Shown here: piece after piece, positions 63,255 to 64,000 of the stretch
How positions within the stretch are numbered: the first letter of the stretch is position 1
Layout: each line of letters begins with the position of its first letter
From: Mobula hypostoma
Lineage: Eukaryota
Direction of reading: 5' to 3'
DNA: 64,000 bases
NCBI RefSeq assembly: GCF_963921235.1
Contig: NC_086108.1
Coordinates: forward strand, 22,878,001-22,942,000
Program-made: the position numbers and the translations under genes
The notes under the pieces: model-generated
The model's database searches: none
Seen by the model: only the letters and a program-made list of their open reading frames with translations
What the model was told of the DNA's origin: nothing

Positions 63255-64000
63255 AACCATTGCACTGGCCTGATCCTCTATCTTGCTGTCAAGAGTGCTG
63301 ATAAGTGTCATATAGACACCTTTAATTCTCTGCCATATTTTCACGACAAACTTCACAACATATGCCGGTGATATTAAATCCAGTTCTGATTCTGCCTGTT
63401 TTTAATATTAAGCAACTCATCCTGAAAATCACTACCTATATTATACCACGTGATATCACTACATTTATTCCTAAAACAGCATTAATAACTTTCCTAATTT
63501 TAATCCATTTATACCAAACAGGTTAAAGTATTAAGGCAGAAAAGTTTGATGAAAATACAATAATTGATTGCAGCAAAATTTTTAGTTCTGGCACAGTTTC
63601 CATTTGCGAGCCATTTGGCTATCTATGGCAGAGTAACAGTGTGCAAAAAGCTCACTACAGCACATGTAATGCAGTTGTATTGTCAGACCATCTCTATCTC
63701 CAACTCATCTGTTCAGTCATGTTTTCACTGGTGGCTCATTAAGCAACAATATTTACAATCAGTCAAATCCTGTACACATTCTGTGGTACACTGGGTTCAA
63801 TCCAAGGCTGAAATCTGCTTAGAAATTCAGTAAGTTGCTGAGCCACAGGTGACCTTGGCCACATTGTGAGTTGTTTGTCACTGCAGCAAACAAGGTGGCA
63901 GGGCACAAGTGTGCCTCATCATCAATACCTTCAAATTCTTCATAGTTCCTCACATGTGGAAGCAGTGAAGTCTTTCATTTTCACTCCCAGCCATTTCTGG

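Overview
This is eukaryotic, repeat-dominated genomic DNA. The repeat mix (CR1-type LINEs, Penelope ends, tRNA-headed SINEs) suggests a vertebrate, probably a cartilaginous fish; that assignment is inference. Positions 1-~14,815 are a C-rich satellite of 35-bp monomers built from pentamers, with higher-order blocks. The rest is a mosaic of transposable elements: a full-length but inactivated Gypsy LTR retrotransposon (32862-37321, GTAAT target-site duplication) beside an ancient antisense Gypsy remnant, a decayed Penelope-like element, many CR1 and Rex1/Babar LINE fragments, SINEs and Tc1/hAT MITEs. No host gene is recognisable, although there is a plausible pair of in-frame exons near 49.7-49.9 kb. 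Highlights: (1) the Gypsy primer-binding site is a perfect 15-nt complement of the element's own LTR segment containing AATAAA, suggesting self-priming and/or poly(A)-signal occlusion; (2) an intact minimal hammerhead ribozyme in a small Penelope-derived insert with an 11-bp TSD; (3) a 184-bp hairpin at 42940-43123.
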